Positions 38,064 through 47,600 of a stretch of 64,000 nt of DNA are shown in pieces. Numbering within the stretch: position 1 is the stretch's first letter; every line of letters begins with the position of its first letter. Under the pieces are notes generated by a model. The model saw nothing but the letters and a program-made list of their open reading frames with translations. It had not been told where the DNA came from and did no database searches. The stretch is from Anaerolineae bacterium (GTDB lineage Bacteria; Chloroflexota; Anaerolineae; B4-G1), in assembly GCA_046760785.1 (NCBI GenBank), contig JBHIET010000007.1, positions 736 to 64,735 of the forward strand, read 5' to 3'. A program made the translations under genes and the position numbers.

Positions 38064-38987
38064 TTAGCCTTCTGAAGTCGCCACCACGTTCCACTCATTT
38101 AATTCCCCTCGCACCGTCTGCAGCAGCACCTCGACCTTCAGCTCGGCCAGGGTATAGCAAGGAGCTTCGAGGTGCTCGGCCAACGTTTGTGCCAACCCCT
38201 GGTCGAAGGCCTCGTGCTCCATGTTGATCACCACCGAGCGGATGTGATTCTGCGAGAACATCTCGGCGATGCGGCAGGCCTCCTCCTGCGGCGGCAGGTT
38301 AGTCATCGAGACGTTCCCCGCGCCATCGGTAAGTAGCACCATCAGCGGCATCAGGTCGGGGTGCTGTCGTAGCTCGCGGATGATGACCTCGTAGGCGGCC
38401 TGTAACCCGGCTGAAAGGGGAGTCTTGCCACCGACGGGGATGTCGGTCAGCGCCCGCCGCGCCAGCTCGACGCTGTTGGTAGGCGGGAGCACGACACGGG
38501 CGTCGTTCTTCTGGAAGACGACGAGTCCAACCCGGTCGCGCTGCTGGTAGGCATCCGTCAGCAGCGACATAACGGCCCCCTTCGTCGCCTGCATGCGTTC
38601 GGCCACCGCCATAGACCAGGAGGCGTCCACGACGAAGAGCACCAGGTTGGCGGCACGACGCACGCGCACCTTGCGCTGGTAGTCGTCGGGGTGCAACGCC
38701 AGTGCCGGGCCACCCTCGCGCCTCCGCTCTCTCTGGTGAGGGGCAGCAGCGCGAAACGTGGCGTCGAAGGCCAGGTCACTGGGATCGCCAGGAGAGGGGC
38801 GGGCCTGGACGTAGCGCCCGCGCTTGCGATCGGTGCGGGTCCGGCTGCGGCGACCGCCCGTGGAGCGGGTCAGCCGGTCGAGAGGTGTATCCAGCCGACG
38901 TGGCGTGAAGTCCTCACCGACGGCGACCTCTTCGCCGCCCTCCCACCAACGGCCCTCCGACGGCCACTGGGGCACGGTCTGCAGCAC
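38064..38987 (-). CDS. ChlD/BchD-like acidic linker + vWA domain protein (as called, GTG start, no good RBS)
   Basis: Contains the MIDAS motif VVDASWSM and vWA body VLLTDGAGN. The upstream frame is open back into the A9 run of the preceding gene (see findings). Confidence 0.8.
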   Translation of the reverse strand: MLQTVPQWPSEGRWWEGGEEVAVGEDFTPRRLDTPLDRLTRSTGGRRSRTRTDRKRGRYVQARPSPGDPSDLAFDATFRAAAPHQRERRREGGPALALHPDDYQRKVRVRRAANLVLFVVDASWSMAVAERMQATKGAVMSLLTDAYQQRDRVGLVVFQKNDARVVLPPTNSVELARRALTDIPVGGKTPLSAGLQAAYEVIIRELRQHPDLMPLMVLLTDGAGNVSMTNLPPQEEACRIAEMFSQNHIRSVVINMEHEAFDQGLAQTLAEHLEAPCYTLAELKVEVLLQTVRGELNEWNVVATSEG

Positions 38988-39016
38988 CGGCTCTCGCGCT
39001 ACCTCGCGTTGCTCAT

Positions 39017-39073
39017 GGGGAGACTCCTCGTCACCGGTCTCCCCGGCTACGCTTTTTTTTTACCCATCACCTC
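39017..39073 (-). promoter_or_regulatory. Candidate -1 frameshift / transcriptional slippage cassette
   Basis: On the minus-strand mRNA: GAGGUGAU (39073-39066), GGGU, A9 (39061-39053), GCG, UAG stop (39049-39047), then an 8-bp stem GGGGAGAC (39044-39037) / GUCUCCCC (39024-39017) with a 12-nt loop, starting 8 nt after the A-run. Confidence 0.4.
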
Positions 39074-40147
39074 TACATCAGTGTCGCTCTCTTGTCCAGA
39101 CTCGGCCTCAACCGGGTTCTGGGCGCGGGCCTCGGCCAGCCGCTCCGAAAGATCACCCAGCGTGACCTCCGCCTGTTGCAGCGGATGTCGCTTCAGCCGG
39201 TGGGGTAATGCCAGTTCGGCGGCCAGCAGGATGTCACGGTCGCTCAAACGGGTGTGCCCCTCGAAAGCAGCGTGGGCGCGGGCAGCTTTGAGCACCACCA
39301 GATCGGCGCGATGGCCATCTACCCCCAACTCGCTCATCGCCGTCGCGATCGTCGCCAGGTCCGATTGAGAGTGCCTAACATTGGGCAAGAGACGGCGGGC
39401 GCGGGCGATTTCCCTCGAAAGCTTCTGCTCCTTGGGAGCCCATTCCGCACAGACCCCCTCGGGGTCGGCCTCATAGGCCAGATTGCGTTCCATGATCGCC
39501 ATCCGGGCAGCGGGGTCGCCGATGCCACGGATGTCCACACAGAGGGCGAAGCGGTCGAGAAGCTGGGGGCGCAGGTCCCCCTCCTCCGGGTTCATCGTGC
39601 CGATGAGGATGAAACGGGCGGGGTGGCTGAAGGAAATGCCCTCCCGCTCCACGACGTTGACCCCCATCGCCGCGGCGTCGAGCAGTAAGTCCACGACGTG
39701 GTCGTCCAGCAGGTTGACCTCGTCCACGTAGAGGACGCCCCGGTTGGCCGCCGCGAGGACCCCTGGCTCGAAGTGCCGCTCTCCCTTCTGGATGGCGCGT
39801 TCGATGTCCAGCGTGCCCACGACGCGGTCCTCGGTCGCGCTGACGGGCAGGTCCACGAAGCGCGTGCGCCGGCGAGCGCGGGGCAGTTCCCCCCCAGTAT
39901 CATTCCGCTCGCGGCACTCGGTACACCACGTCGCTGGCTGGTCGGGGTCGCAACCGAAGGAGCAGTCGGCAACCACCTCGATCTCAGGCAGCAGCGCGGC
40001 CAGCGCGCGAGCAGCGGTAGACTTCGCCGTGCCGCGTTCGCCCCGAATGAGCACCCCGCCGATCTGGGGATAAATGGCATTCAGTATCAGAGCGCGCTTC
40101 ATGCGCTCCTGCCCGACAATAGCAGCGAATGGGAAGATAGGTGGCAT
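39047..40147 (-). CDS. ChlI/BchI-like AAA+ chelatase ATPase subunit
   Basis: Starts MPPIFPFAAIVGQERMKRAL. Contains Walker A GERGTAKS and Walker B VLYVDEVNLL. Ends ...VMGKKKA immediately after the A9 run. Confidence 0.9.
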   Translation of the reverse strand: MPPIFPFAAIVGQERMKRALILNAIYPQIGGVLIRGERGTAKSTAARALAALLPEIEVVADCSFGCDPDQPATWCTECRERNDTGGELPRARRRTRFVDLPVSATEDRVVGTLDIERAIQKGERHFEPGVLAAANRGVLYVDEVNLLDDHVVDLLLDAAAMGVNVVEREGISFSHPARFILIGTMNPEEGDLRPQLLDRFALCVDIRGIGDPAARMAIMERNLAYEADPEGVCAEWAPKEQKLSREIARARRLLPNVRHSQSDLATIATAMSELGVDGHRADLVVLKAARAHAAFEGHTRLSDRDILLAAELALPHRLKRHPLQQAEVTLGDLSERLAEARAQNPVEAESGQESDTDVEVMGKKKA

Positions 40148-40192
40148 CGAACTCCTAAGCGGCCCGCCACGCCGTGCCCATCAAGCCTTGGC

Positions 40193-40426
40193 TCACGACT
40201 TGAGGCCACAAGTCGCGCACGAGGCCGAGAGTGTGCAAGAGCCGCACGAAGAGCCTGCCCCCGCGATCACTCCCTCACTTCCGACGGCCGAGAACAATGA
40301 GATCACACGGCGCGTGTGCTCGCTGCCACACTTGGGGCAGACGATGGATGCGTCGGCGTCAGTCATTGCCCGCAGGGCATCAAAACACGTCTCGCAATCG
40401 AGACACTTATACTCATATAGTGGCAT
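40193..40426 (-). CDS. FmdB-family zinc-ribbon protein
   Basis: MPLYEYKCLDCETCFD...CPKCGS, the typical CxxC_CxxC_SSSS family N-terminus, with a Cys-rich tail. Confidence 0.8.
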   Translation of the reverse strand: MPLYEYKCLDCETCFDALRAMTDADASIVCPKCGSEHTRRVISLFSAVGSEGVIAGAGSSCGSCTLSASCATCGLKS

Positions 40427-40482
40427 GGTTCCTACTTCACCCTGCTCTCTCAATGGAGAGCCTTTCGCAATTCAAACTGCCA

Positions 40483-40580
40483 GACTGCGGAAGTCTCGAA
40501 GGTGCTCCGCCTAGTGGCTTTTGACGCCACATGGGACTGATTCTGCTTTCGAAATGCCAGACGGCAGACTTCCGCAGTCT
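40483..40580. repeat. 15-bp perfect inverted repeat flanking a 68-nt loop
   Basis: AGACTGCGGAAGTCT (40483-40497) and AGACTTCCGCAGTCT (40566-40580). Noncoding, adjacent to the partial MITE copy. Confidence 0.4.
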
Positions 40581-40669
40581 TTTGGTAACTACTCACCCCA
40601 AGCTCCAAGTCCCCGTCCCGGGGACGTCGTATGCGGTAGATGACCACTTTGCCGCGCCGTTTTGCGCTC

Positions 40670-40773
40670 GAGACGCCCCCGAGGCTTCGTCCTGAGGCTC
40701 AGCCCGAAGGGACGGGGGCTACGAGCAGCGGCGAGCAAGTGCAGCCGGCTTTATGTTAATCTGACATTGTCAA
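40670..40773. repeat. Partial inverted copy (~104 bp) of the 1394-1571 MITE-like element
   Basis: The reverse complement reads TTGACAATGTCAGATTAACATAAAGCCGGCTGCAC..GCTCGCCGCTGCTCGTAGCCCCCGTCCCTTCGGGCTGAGCCTCAGGACGAAGCCTCGGGGGCGTCTC, nearly identical to 1394-1496. The second TIR is absent. Confidence 0.6.
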
Positions 40774-40879
40774 AGTAGTCACATTCATTGTACCGCTGTT
40801 TCGCCGCATGTCAAGGTTGTTGGGCGCTCTGGCAAGGTGGTGGTATACTTCATCCGCTTTTCTGGGGAGACCGCTTGAT

Positions 40880-41614
40880 ATGACGACATATCCCTACATC
40901 TACCTCTCCCCCCACCCGGACGACGGCGTGCTCTCGTGTGGGGGACGTATCTGGCAGCAGGTACAAGCCGGTGAGCGCGTGCTGGTGTTGACGGTTTTTG
41001 CCGGGCCTCCTCCTCCGGGTGCACCGCTCTCCCCGTTCGCCCAGGAGTTGCATGCGCGCTGGGAGCATCCGGCCGATGCGGCCACCAGAAGACAGGAGGA
41101 GGACAGGGCAGCGTTGGCCCTCCTTGGGGCAGACCCGGTGCATTGGCCTTACAGCGACTGCATCTACCGGCAGACCGCCAGCGGTCGTTTTCCTTATGCC
41201 AGTGAGGAGGCACTGTGGGGGGAGGTGCATCCGGCAGAGGAGGGACTGGCCGCGGAGCTGGCGGCCGGGTTGGCAGCGCTACCGCTGAGCCGAGACAGCG
41301 TAGTCTACACGCCACTGGGGGTCGGTCACCACGTGGATCACCAGATAGTGCGCTGCGCAGCGGAGGCCTCTGGGCATACGCTGGTCTACTACGAGGATTT
41401 CCCCTATGCCGGAGATCCTCACGCAGTACAGGCTGCGCTAGGGGAAGGACAATGGCAGATGGATGTGGTGCAGCTCTCCGAGGAGGCGCTGGAGGCGAAG
41501 ATCGCCGCCATCGCCCGCTACCGCTCACAGCTCAGCACCTTCTGGGCTGACGAGGCGGAGATGGCGGCGGCAGTGCGAGCGTTTGCAGAACGGTACTGGA
41601 TATTGGACATTTGA
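40880..41614 (+). CDS. PIG-L/LmbE-family deacetylase
   Basis: Contains the YLSPHPDDGVLSCGG motif and later HVDHQ. Start at MTTYPYIYLS. Confidence 0.8.
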   Translation: MTTYPYIYLSPHPDDGVLSCGGRIWQQVQAGERVLVLTVFAGPPPPGAPLSPFAQELHARWEHPADAATRRQEEDRAALALLGADPVHWPYSDCIYRQTASGRFPYASEEALWGEVHPAEEGLAAELAAGLAALPLSRDSVVYTPLGVGHHVDHQIVRCAAEASGHTLVYYEDFPYAGDPHAVQAALGEGQWQMDVVQLSEEALEAKIAAIARYRSQLSTFWADEAEMAAAVRAFAERYWILDI

Positions 41615-41640
41615 TGAATCGTCACCATCCAGCATCCAGC

Positions 41641-42045
41641 CTATGTTGATCTGATTTCGGCTTTCGCCTTTGCCCTGGCGACGAATCGCTCCTCTTCAAC
41701 GACAAACCGCTCGTGGGTTGCCTCCCCAATCTGCTCTGCCTCGTCCCATGCCTCAACGCGGAACACCAACCGGCGACCCTCCAGCTCCACCAGCTCGGCA
41801 CGGGCGCGGACGCGCATCCCCACCGGCGTGGCAGCCAGGTGGCGGACGTCAATCCGACCGCCCACGGAGGTCCGGCCCGGTGGGAGGTGATCCGTCAGCG
41901 CCTGCACCGCCGCGCCTTCCATCAGCCCCACCAGCGCGGGCGTGCCGAAGACCGGCACCAACCCGCTGCCCCAGCGATCGGCCGTATCCGCCTCGGTCAC
42001 GACCGTCTCGATTTCACCTGTCAGTCCGGGTGCAAGCTCGTACAT
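41641..42045 (-). CDS. Hotdog-fold thioesterase
   Basis: 134 aa. GTPALVGLMEGAA...VGGRIDVRHLAATPVG...GRRLVFRVEAWDE resembles fluoroacetyl-CoA-thioesterase-like hotdog proteins. Confidence 0.7.
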   Translation of the reverse strand: MYELAPGLTGEIETVVTEADTADRWGSGLVPVFGTPALVGLMEGAAVQALTDHLPPGRTSVGGRIDVRHLAATPVGMRVRARAELVELEGRRLVFRVEAWDEAEQIGEATHERFVVEEERFVARAKAKAEIRST

Positions 42046-42048
42046 CAA

Positions 42049-43362
42049 TCACCTCGTCAGAGCCGGAATGATATACCTGAACAGACAATACACGTCCAGC
42101 GCCGCCAGTGCGGCGAAAAAGGCAGCTATCGCCCAGGCGCGCGTTCGCCGTGGCAGAACACCTGCCAGCGTGCTCAGCCCCAACGCAGCAGCCATCCCGA
42201 TGGGGATGAGGGCCGGGAACAGGTAGCGGCCCTGATGTTGTAAGAAGGACAAGTTGTACCCCAGGTATTCAAGCAGTATGAGTAGGAATAGGGCGAGGAG
42301 CAAGATCACGCTGGCGCGCTGGAACGAGGTCAGGCTGAGCCGCTTCCGATCGAACAGCCACCAGAAGAAGCCTACGATCAGCAGAACGGAGAGCAGAGCC
42401 AAGCCCTGGTAGATGCGAGCTGGCAGCACCACGCCCATCCAGCCGAACTGCCCCCAGAAGCTCTGAAACGTCCAGCGAACCATACGGCTCAGCAGTCCGC
42501 CCCAGCCGTGGAGCGCCAGGTATTCACTTGAGCGCATCTGTCCTTCGACGACCTCAGCGTGCCGCGACAACCCCATCGGGTCATGCCAGCCGTAGGTAAG
42601 GCCGTTGCGGATGAACCAGGGCGCAGATACGAGCAGCGCCGGGAAGAGCATCCAGACTACTTGTGTCACCGCCCATCCCACTGTCCGGCGCTCGTCCCGC
42701 CAGCGGATCAGCACAGCCGTCACTGCTACCACAGGGGCGACGTAGGCCGTGCTCTTGGCCAGCAATGCCGCCGCCAGCAGCAATCCGACCGGCCAGGGCT
42801 GCGCGTGGCCTCCACCGACGTAGAGCACCAATGCCCACAGCGTTCCTCCCACGACCAGCTCCGCCAGCGCGTCGTTGTTCACGCCCGCAGTCATCGCCAC
42901 GTGTTGAGGGATGAAAGCGATGAAAGCGGCGGTCATCAGCGCCAACTCGGTCCACCGGGGAAAGATGGCTCGCACCGTCCCGAAAGCGACCACCAGCAGT
43001 ACAGCCCCAAACAACACCGAGAGCAGCCGCAGCGGCAGCACCACGCCACCAAAGAGCAGGTAGACGGGAGTCGCCAGCAGGTAATAGAGCGGCGGCTGGT
43101 GATCCTCATACTCCACCGTGTCAACGGAGAGTTCGGGAGGGAAACGCGCCGACTTGAGGCATTCCAGGTAATCCTGGTCGTAGTCACCGAACTCGATGAC
43201 CGGAAAGCCCCGGCCCTCGGCCAGCGCGCGGACGTAGTTATAGTGGGCTGGCTCGTCGGGAACCTGCCAGGTGGGGGTGAGGCTCGCATAGAGGGTACCA
43301 ATCGCGACGTACACGATGACGATGGCGGCCAGAAGGACGCCAGGTGAAAGCCCTGTCTTCAT
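42049..43362 (-). CDS. GT-C fold membrane glycosyltransferase (ArnT/PMT-like)
   Basis: About 11 TM helices. The first loop contains PDEPAHYNYVRALAEG. Start at MKTGLSPGVLLAAIV. Confidence 0.7.
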   Translation of the reverse strand: MKTGLSPGVLLAAIVIVYVAIGTLYASLTPTWQVPDEPAHYNYVRALAEGRGFPVIEFGDYDQDYLECLKSARFPPELSVDTVEYEDHQPPLYYLLATPVYLLFGGVVLPLRLLSVLFGAVLLVVAFGTVRAIFPRWTELALMTAAFIAFIPQHVAMTAGVNNDALAELVVGGTLWALVLYVGGGHAQPWPVGLLLAAALLAKSTAYVAPVVAVTAVLIRWRDERRTVGWAVTQVVWMLFPALLVSAPWFIRNGLTYGWHDPMGLSRHAEVVEGQMRSSEYLALHGWGGLLSRMVRWTFQSFWGQFGWMGVVLPARIYQGLALLSVLLIVGFFWWLFDRKRLSLTSFQRASVILLLALFLLILLEYLGYNLSFLQHQGRYLFPALIPIGMAAALGLSTLAGVLPRRTRAWAIAAFFAALAALDVYCLFRYIIPALTR

Positions 43363-43569
43363 GGGGGCTATTGTACCCGCACAGAAGCCGATTGACAAGC
43401 ATCCTCAATCGCGTACCACGACATAGCCGACCTTACCCATCCTCGGACCTGGCAGGAATTTGCACAGAACACAGAGACAAGTATACTAACACGAGGAAAG
43501 CCCCGGCACTTTCACGGAGGGCCGAGGCTATGTCCAAGACGATGAGGGCGCCTTACAGAGGAGCATCCA

Positions 43570-44616
43570 ATGTCACGTGGAAAACGTGAGAGCCACTGGT
43601 TGGTCATACGCCGTTGCCTGGCCATCATCCGGCGGGCACAGCGCGGCCTGGCTAGCCGAGAGGAACTGATTCAGGCCGTACTGGCGCAGGAAGAGCCGGA
43701 GGCCTACGGAGAACTCCAGGGCAAGGCCCTGTATCGCCGCCTGGAGAACGACCTGCGGCGCATTCGGGACAACTTGATGGTGGACTTGTACTTCGACCGG
43801 CAGGCGGGCGGCTATGTGATCAAAGACACCTGGCTGCCCTTGCTGGACCTGCCGGACGAGGACCTGGCGACCATCGCCTGGCTGGAGGAGACGTTTGGCC
43901 TGGACTCGCCGCAGCACGACGAGGTACACGCGCTGCTGGGGCGGCTGAGGCTCTACCTGGGAACCGAGCGATTGGCCGCTCTGGAGCGCTGTCGTACGGC
44001 GCTGACAGTAGACCTGAGACAGCGGGACGAGGACGAGATTCCATCTGCGGTGTGGGATGGGCTGACGAAGGCAATGCTGGAGCGGCGGCAGGTCGAGTTG
44101 CTCTACCTCTCGCCCCAGTACGAGAATGGAAGACCCCGACGCCACGTGGTGGATCCCTACGACTACTACTTTGACACGACGCGCGGCCATTACTACCTGC
44201 GCGCCTACTGCCGCCGCGCCAAAGGCCCTGACGGCCTGGATGAGCCGCGCTGCTACATCACCTACCGCGTGGGGCGTATCTTGGAATTGACCGTGTTGCC
44301 TCAGAAGCTATCACCGCTGCCTCCACCCTCTCCCCGTTACGCTGTGGTGTACGAACTGGCTCCGCAGGTCGCCCGCCTGGGCGTCACCCACCACCTCAGG
44401 ATCGAGATCGAAGACATCGAGCGGCGAGACGATGGGAGTGCCGTCGTGCGCGGGACGACAGACAGCGTCTTCTGGGCCATCCAGGCCCTGATGCACTATC
44501 GGCATCACTGCCGCGTGCTGGGGGGGCCAGAGATGCTGCGGGAGATGCGAGCCACGGTACAAAAGATGGCTGAAATGTATGCACAGGAAAAGCGATCCCC
44601 ACGGATGTGGGGGTGA
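43570..44616 (+). CDS. WYL-domain transcriptional regulator, CRISPR-associated by position
   Basis: N-terminal HTH-like region and a WYL core (RRHVVDPYDYYFDTTRGHYYLRAYC...YRVGRI). It lies directly upstream of cas10d. From memory, a WYL regulator (sll7009) accompanies the Synechocystis type I-D locus. Confidence 0.8.
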   Translation: MSRGKRESHWLVIRRCLAIIRRAQRGLASREELIQAVLAQEEPEAYGELQGKALYRRLENDLRRIRDNLMVDLYFDRQAGGYVIKDTWLPLLDLPDEDLATIAWLEETFGLDSPQHDEVHALLGRLRLYLGTERLAALERCRTALTVDLRQRDEDEIPSAVWDGLTKAMLERRQVELLYLSPQYENGRPRRHVVDPYDYYFDTTRGHYYLRAYCRRAKGPDGLDEPRCYITYRVGRILELTVLPQKLSPLPPPSPRYAVVYELAPQVARLGVTHHLRIEIEDIERRDDGSAVVRGTTDSVFWAIQALMHYRHHCRVLGGPEMLREMRATVQKMAEMYAQEKRSPRMWG

Positions 44617-44672
44617 GGGTGTGGTAGAATGATATTGTGCAATGAGGGTGTGAGTCAAGAAGGGAGGAGTTG

Positions 44673-47600
44673 ATGCCCACAGTCTCTGAGATCGAACAAG
44701 TCCTGAATGAATACGTTGAAAAGTACATTCCGGTGATGTTGCGCCAGGGATACCACCTGGTGCTGGTCAAGGGCGGGCCGGACTATCCCCACCTGCCGGA
44801 ACAATCCCACTTTGCTCACATCATCAACGGCGCGTTTGGCCTGACGCAACTGGTCAAGTTCCTGATCGAGCACAACGTGCGCGTCCCCGGGCTGGACGAA
44901 GAAACTTTCCGCAAGGCGCTGGCGCTTTTCACCGTTCACGAAGTACACAAGGATGCCGAGGTGGAGCTGCTGGGCGATTCCCAGTTCAGCATCCCCCTGG
45001 AACGGCTGCGGGAAGAGTACCAGCGCCTGGGACTGGACCAATTCGCCCCGGTGGACGAGTACCTGATGCGGGCGGCCAATGTCCACAAGCGTAGCAGCAA
45101 GCACGGCGATTTGCTGCTCAGCGATGATCCGAACGCTGCACAGCTATGGCTATGGGTGCGCATCGCCGACACCTTCGCCTCGGTCAAGACGCCGGAAGAG
45201 GCGAAGGCTTCGCTGGAGGGCTATCTGGCCGATCTGGGGCCGGCCTTCGCCCCCAAGAGTCCGCCGGGCAAGTATACACTCTATTACCACGAGATCAAGG
45301 ACGTGCGCGGTGTGCTGACCAACACCGTCCACCAGGCTGTCGCTCAACAGTTGGCGGGCGACCTGGGCTTTTTCCCGCTGCTCTACTTCGCCACGGGCAC
45401 GCTCTATCTGGGACCGGCTCAATTGGACGGTGACGCCGATGACGCGATCCCCGCCGTCGCCGAATGGGTGCTCCAATCGCTGACCCAGGGCGGTGGTGGG
45501 GACGCCATCCGCGACGGGCTGCGTCGCCAAAAGTTCGACTTTGAGCGCTACGTCTACGCCTTTGCCACAGTGAAAGACCTGCTCCAGGTCGTCCACGATG
45601 AAACGCTGACCGCCAAACCCGACGCACGGGTAGCCCTCAAGGAGATAGACGGCCTGGTCAGCAAGCGCCAGGAACTGAGCGCCGAGTGGCGGGACACGGT
45701 CGAGGAACGGTTTGGCATCCAACTGCTCGACCCCAAGGAGCACAAAACCTTCAACGAACTCTGGTCCCAGGTACGGCGCTACCTGCTCTATGTGGACACG
45801 CTGTTGCGCGACCTGAACCCGGCCGAGAACCGACTGGAGTGGTTCCTGCGTGTGTTTGCCATCCCGCAGCCTTATGCCGACAACCTGCGTCGGGAAGCCG
45901 ACATCTGGGCGAAAGGCGGGATCGGCAAGTACGTGCTGGTGATCGCCTACCACTTCCTGCGCGGCCCCGACTTTGCCGACCGCCCGGCCGAGGCCACGCC
46001 GCCGGAGCAGGTGCTGGAGCGGTTGCACCGCCGCGTGCTGGAGGCCTTTCGCCAGGTGGATACCCAGGCCGGACGGCAGGCCGCCGTGGCCGAGCTGGGG
46101 TTGCGCCAGGACCTGGAGGCGTACCTGGCCGAGCATCTGTACCTTTCCTTTGCCCCGGCCAGTCAACTGGCCGCTGACAGCCTGGCGGGCTATGTGTCGC
46201 CGAAGCGCAAGGGGCACACGGGCCAGGTGTGTTCCATCTGCAACCGGCGCAGCGAGTACGTGCAGTCCTTGCGGGCGGGCATCCTGGACGACTTTGGGCG
46301 GGTTTTTTCCAATCGGGTGCTCCCCGCCCGCGAAGCGCCCCAGGGCAACCGCCTCTGGTGCCCGGTCTGCCAGTTGGAGTTCATCTTGCGCAAGGTGATG
46401 GGCATGGGCCTGCCCTCCACTGCCCATTACAAGAACTCGCGCCGCATTTATCTCTATGTGTTGCCCACCTTCTCTTTCACCCTGGAGCACCTGCGCCTCT
46501 TCGAGCCGCTGCTGAAACCGTTCCACCGCGTGACCGGCTTGCCGGTGCGCGATTACGGCAAGGGCGATCCCGGCTTGCCGCGCTACTGGTTGGAGCATCG
46601 CGCCTTCGACCCGGATTGGGTGGAGGACTTGCAAGAGGTGTTGGAGCGCGAGGCGGACAAGATCGCCGGCTGGGGCGGACGGGGCTTTGTGGGCGAACGG
46701 GTCTCGCTGGGACGCATCACCGGCCAGCCGCACTACTACCTCATCACTTGGGAGAAAGCGGCCCGCGACACCGAACCCGACGACGCCCGCATCGCCACCC
46801 GCACCGAGGCCTGGTGCAAGGCGCTCTTCGCCGCGGCAGTCATCAGCGGGCTGACCAGTTGCAAGGTCTACGTCACCGAACGGCCTTACCTGCCGGTGGC
46901 CGACCCCGCCGAGTTGAGGGCTACCATCACCCTCGATGGTCCGCCCCCGGCGCTGCGGGGGCTGCTGGGCGGGCGCACCGACGAGGTCACGCTTTACGGG
47001 CGGGAAAAGGGAGAGCGCAGCGGCCTGGAGCGGGTGTTGGACCTGAGCGCGGCGCTGTGGGCGGTGACCGCCGACGTGCACGCACCCCAACGCAACACCA
47101 AAGACAAGCACATCTCCGGCCGGCTGGGGACGCTGAATACCTCGCCGCTGGCCGGGGCCACGTTCTACAAGGAGTATGGCCGCCTGAACGAGGGGCAATC
47201 GCCCTTTCCCACATTGACGACGGCCTGTGAGGTACTGCTGGAGGTTCAAGGAGGTGAACTGATGGACCTGGTAGAAAAGATCGCACAAAAGAGCCTGGAG
47301 ATTGCCCTGCCGCGAGGTGCATCCGGCCGGGGCAAGGCGCGGCGCTACGAACTGGTCTTCCGCGAGGCGGTCTCCGCCATGCGCCAGGCGCAAAAGATGA
47401 TCCCGGAGATGCGAGAGGCGGCCATCGGCGGGAGGCGCCCGTCGGCGCAGAGCATCGCCGAACTGAAGCGGTTGACGGCGGGCACGCTGCTCAAGGGGTT
47501 GGAGCGCCGCCAGGAGAGCAGGCGGGGCGAGATCTTTGTCCGCGCCTGGGGCGACCAACTGGGCCGGCTGGTAGGCGAGTTCGTGGACCTGCTGGTGGAC

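Noticed and set aside
40450-40647. 65-aa ORF upstream of the FmdB-family gene.
   Set aside because: It lies within repeat and inverted-repeat sequence, has no RBS and has odd composition. The region is better described as repeat-derived noncoding DNA.
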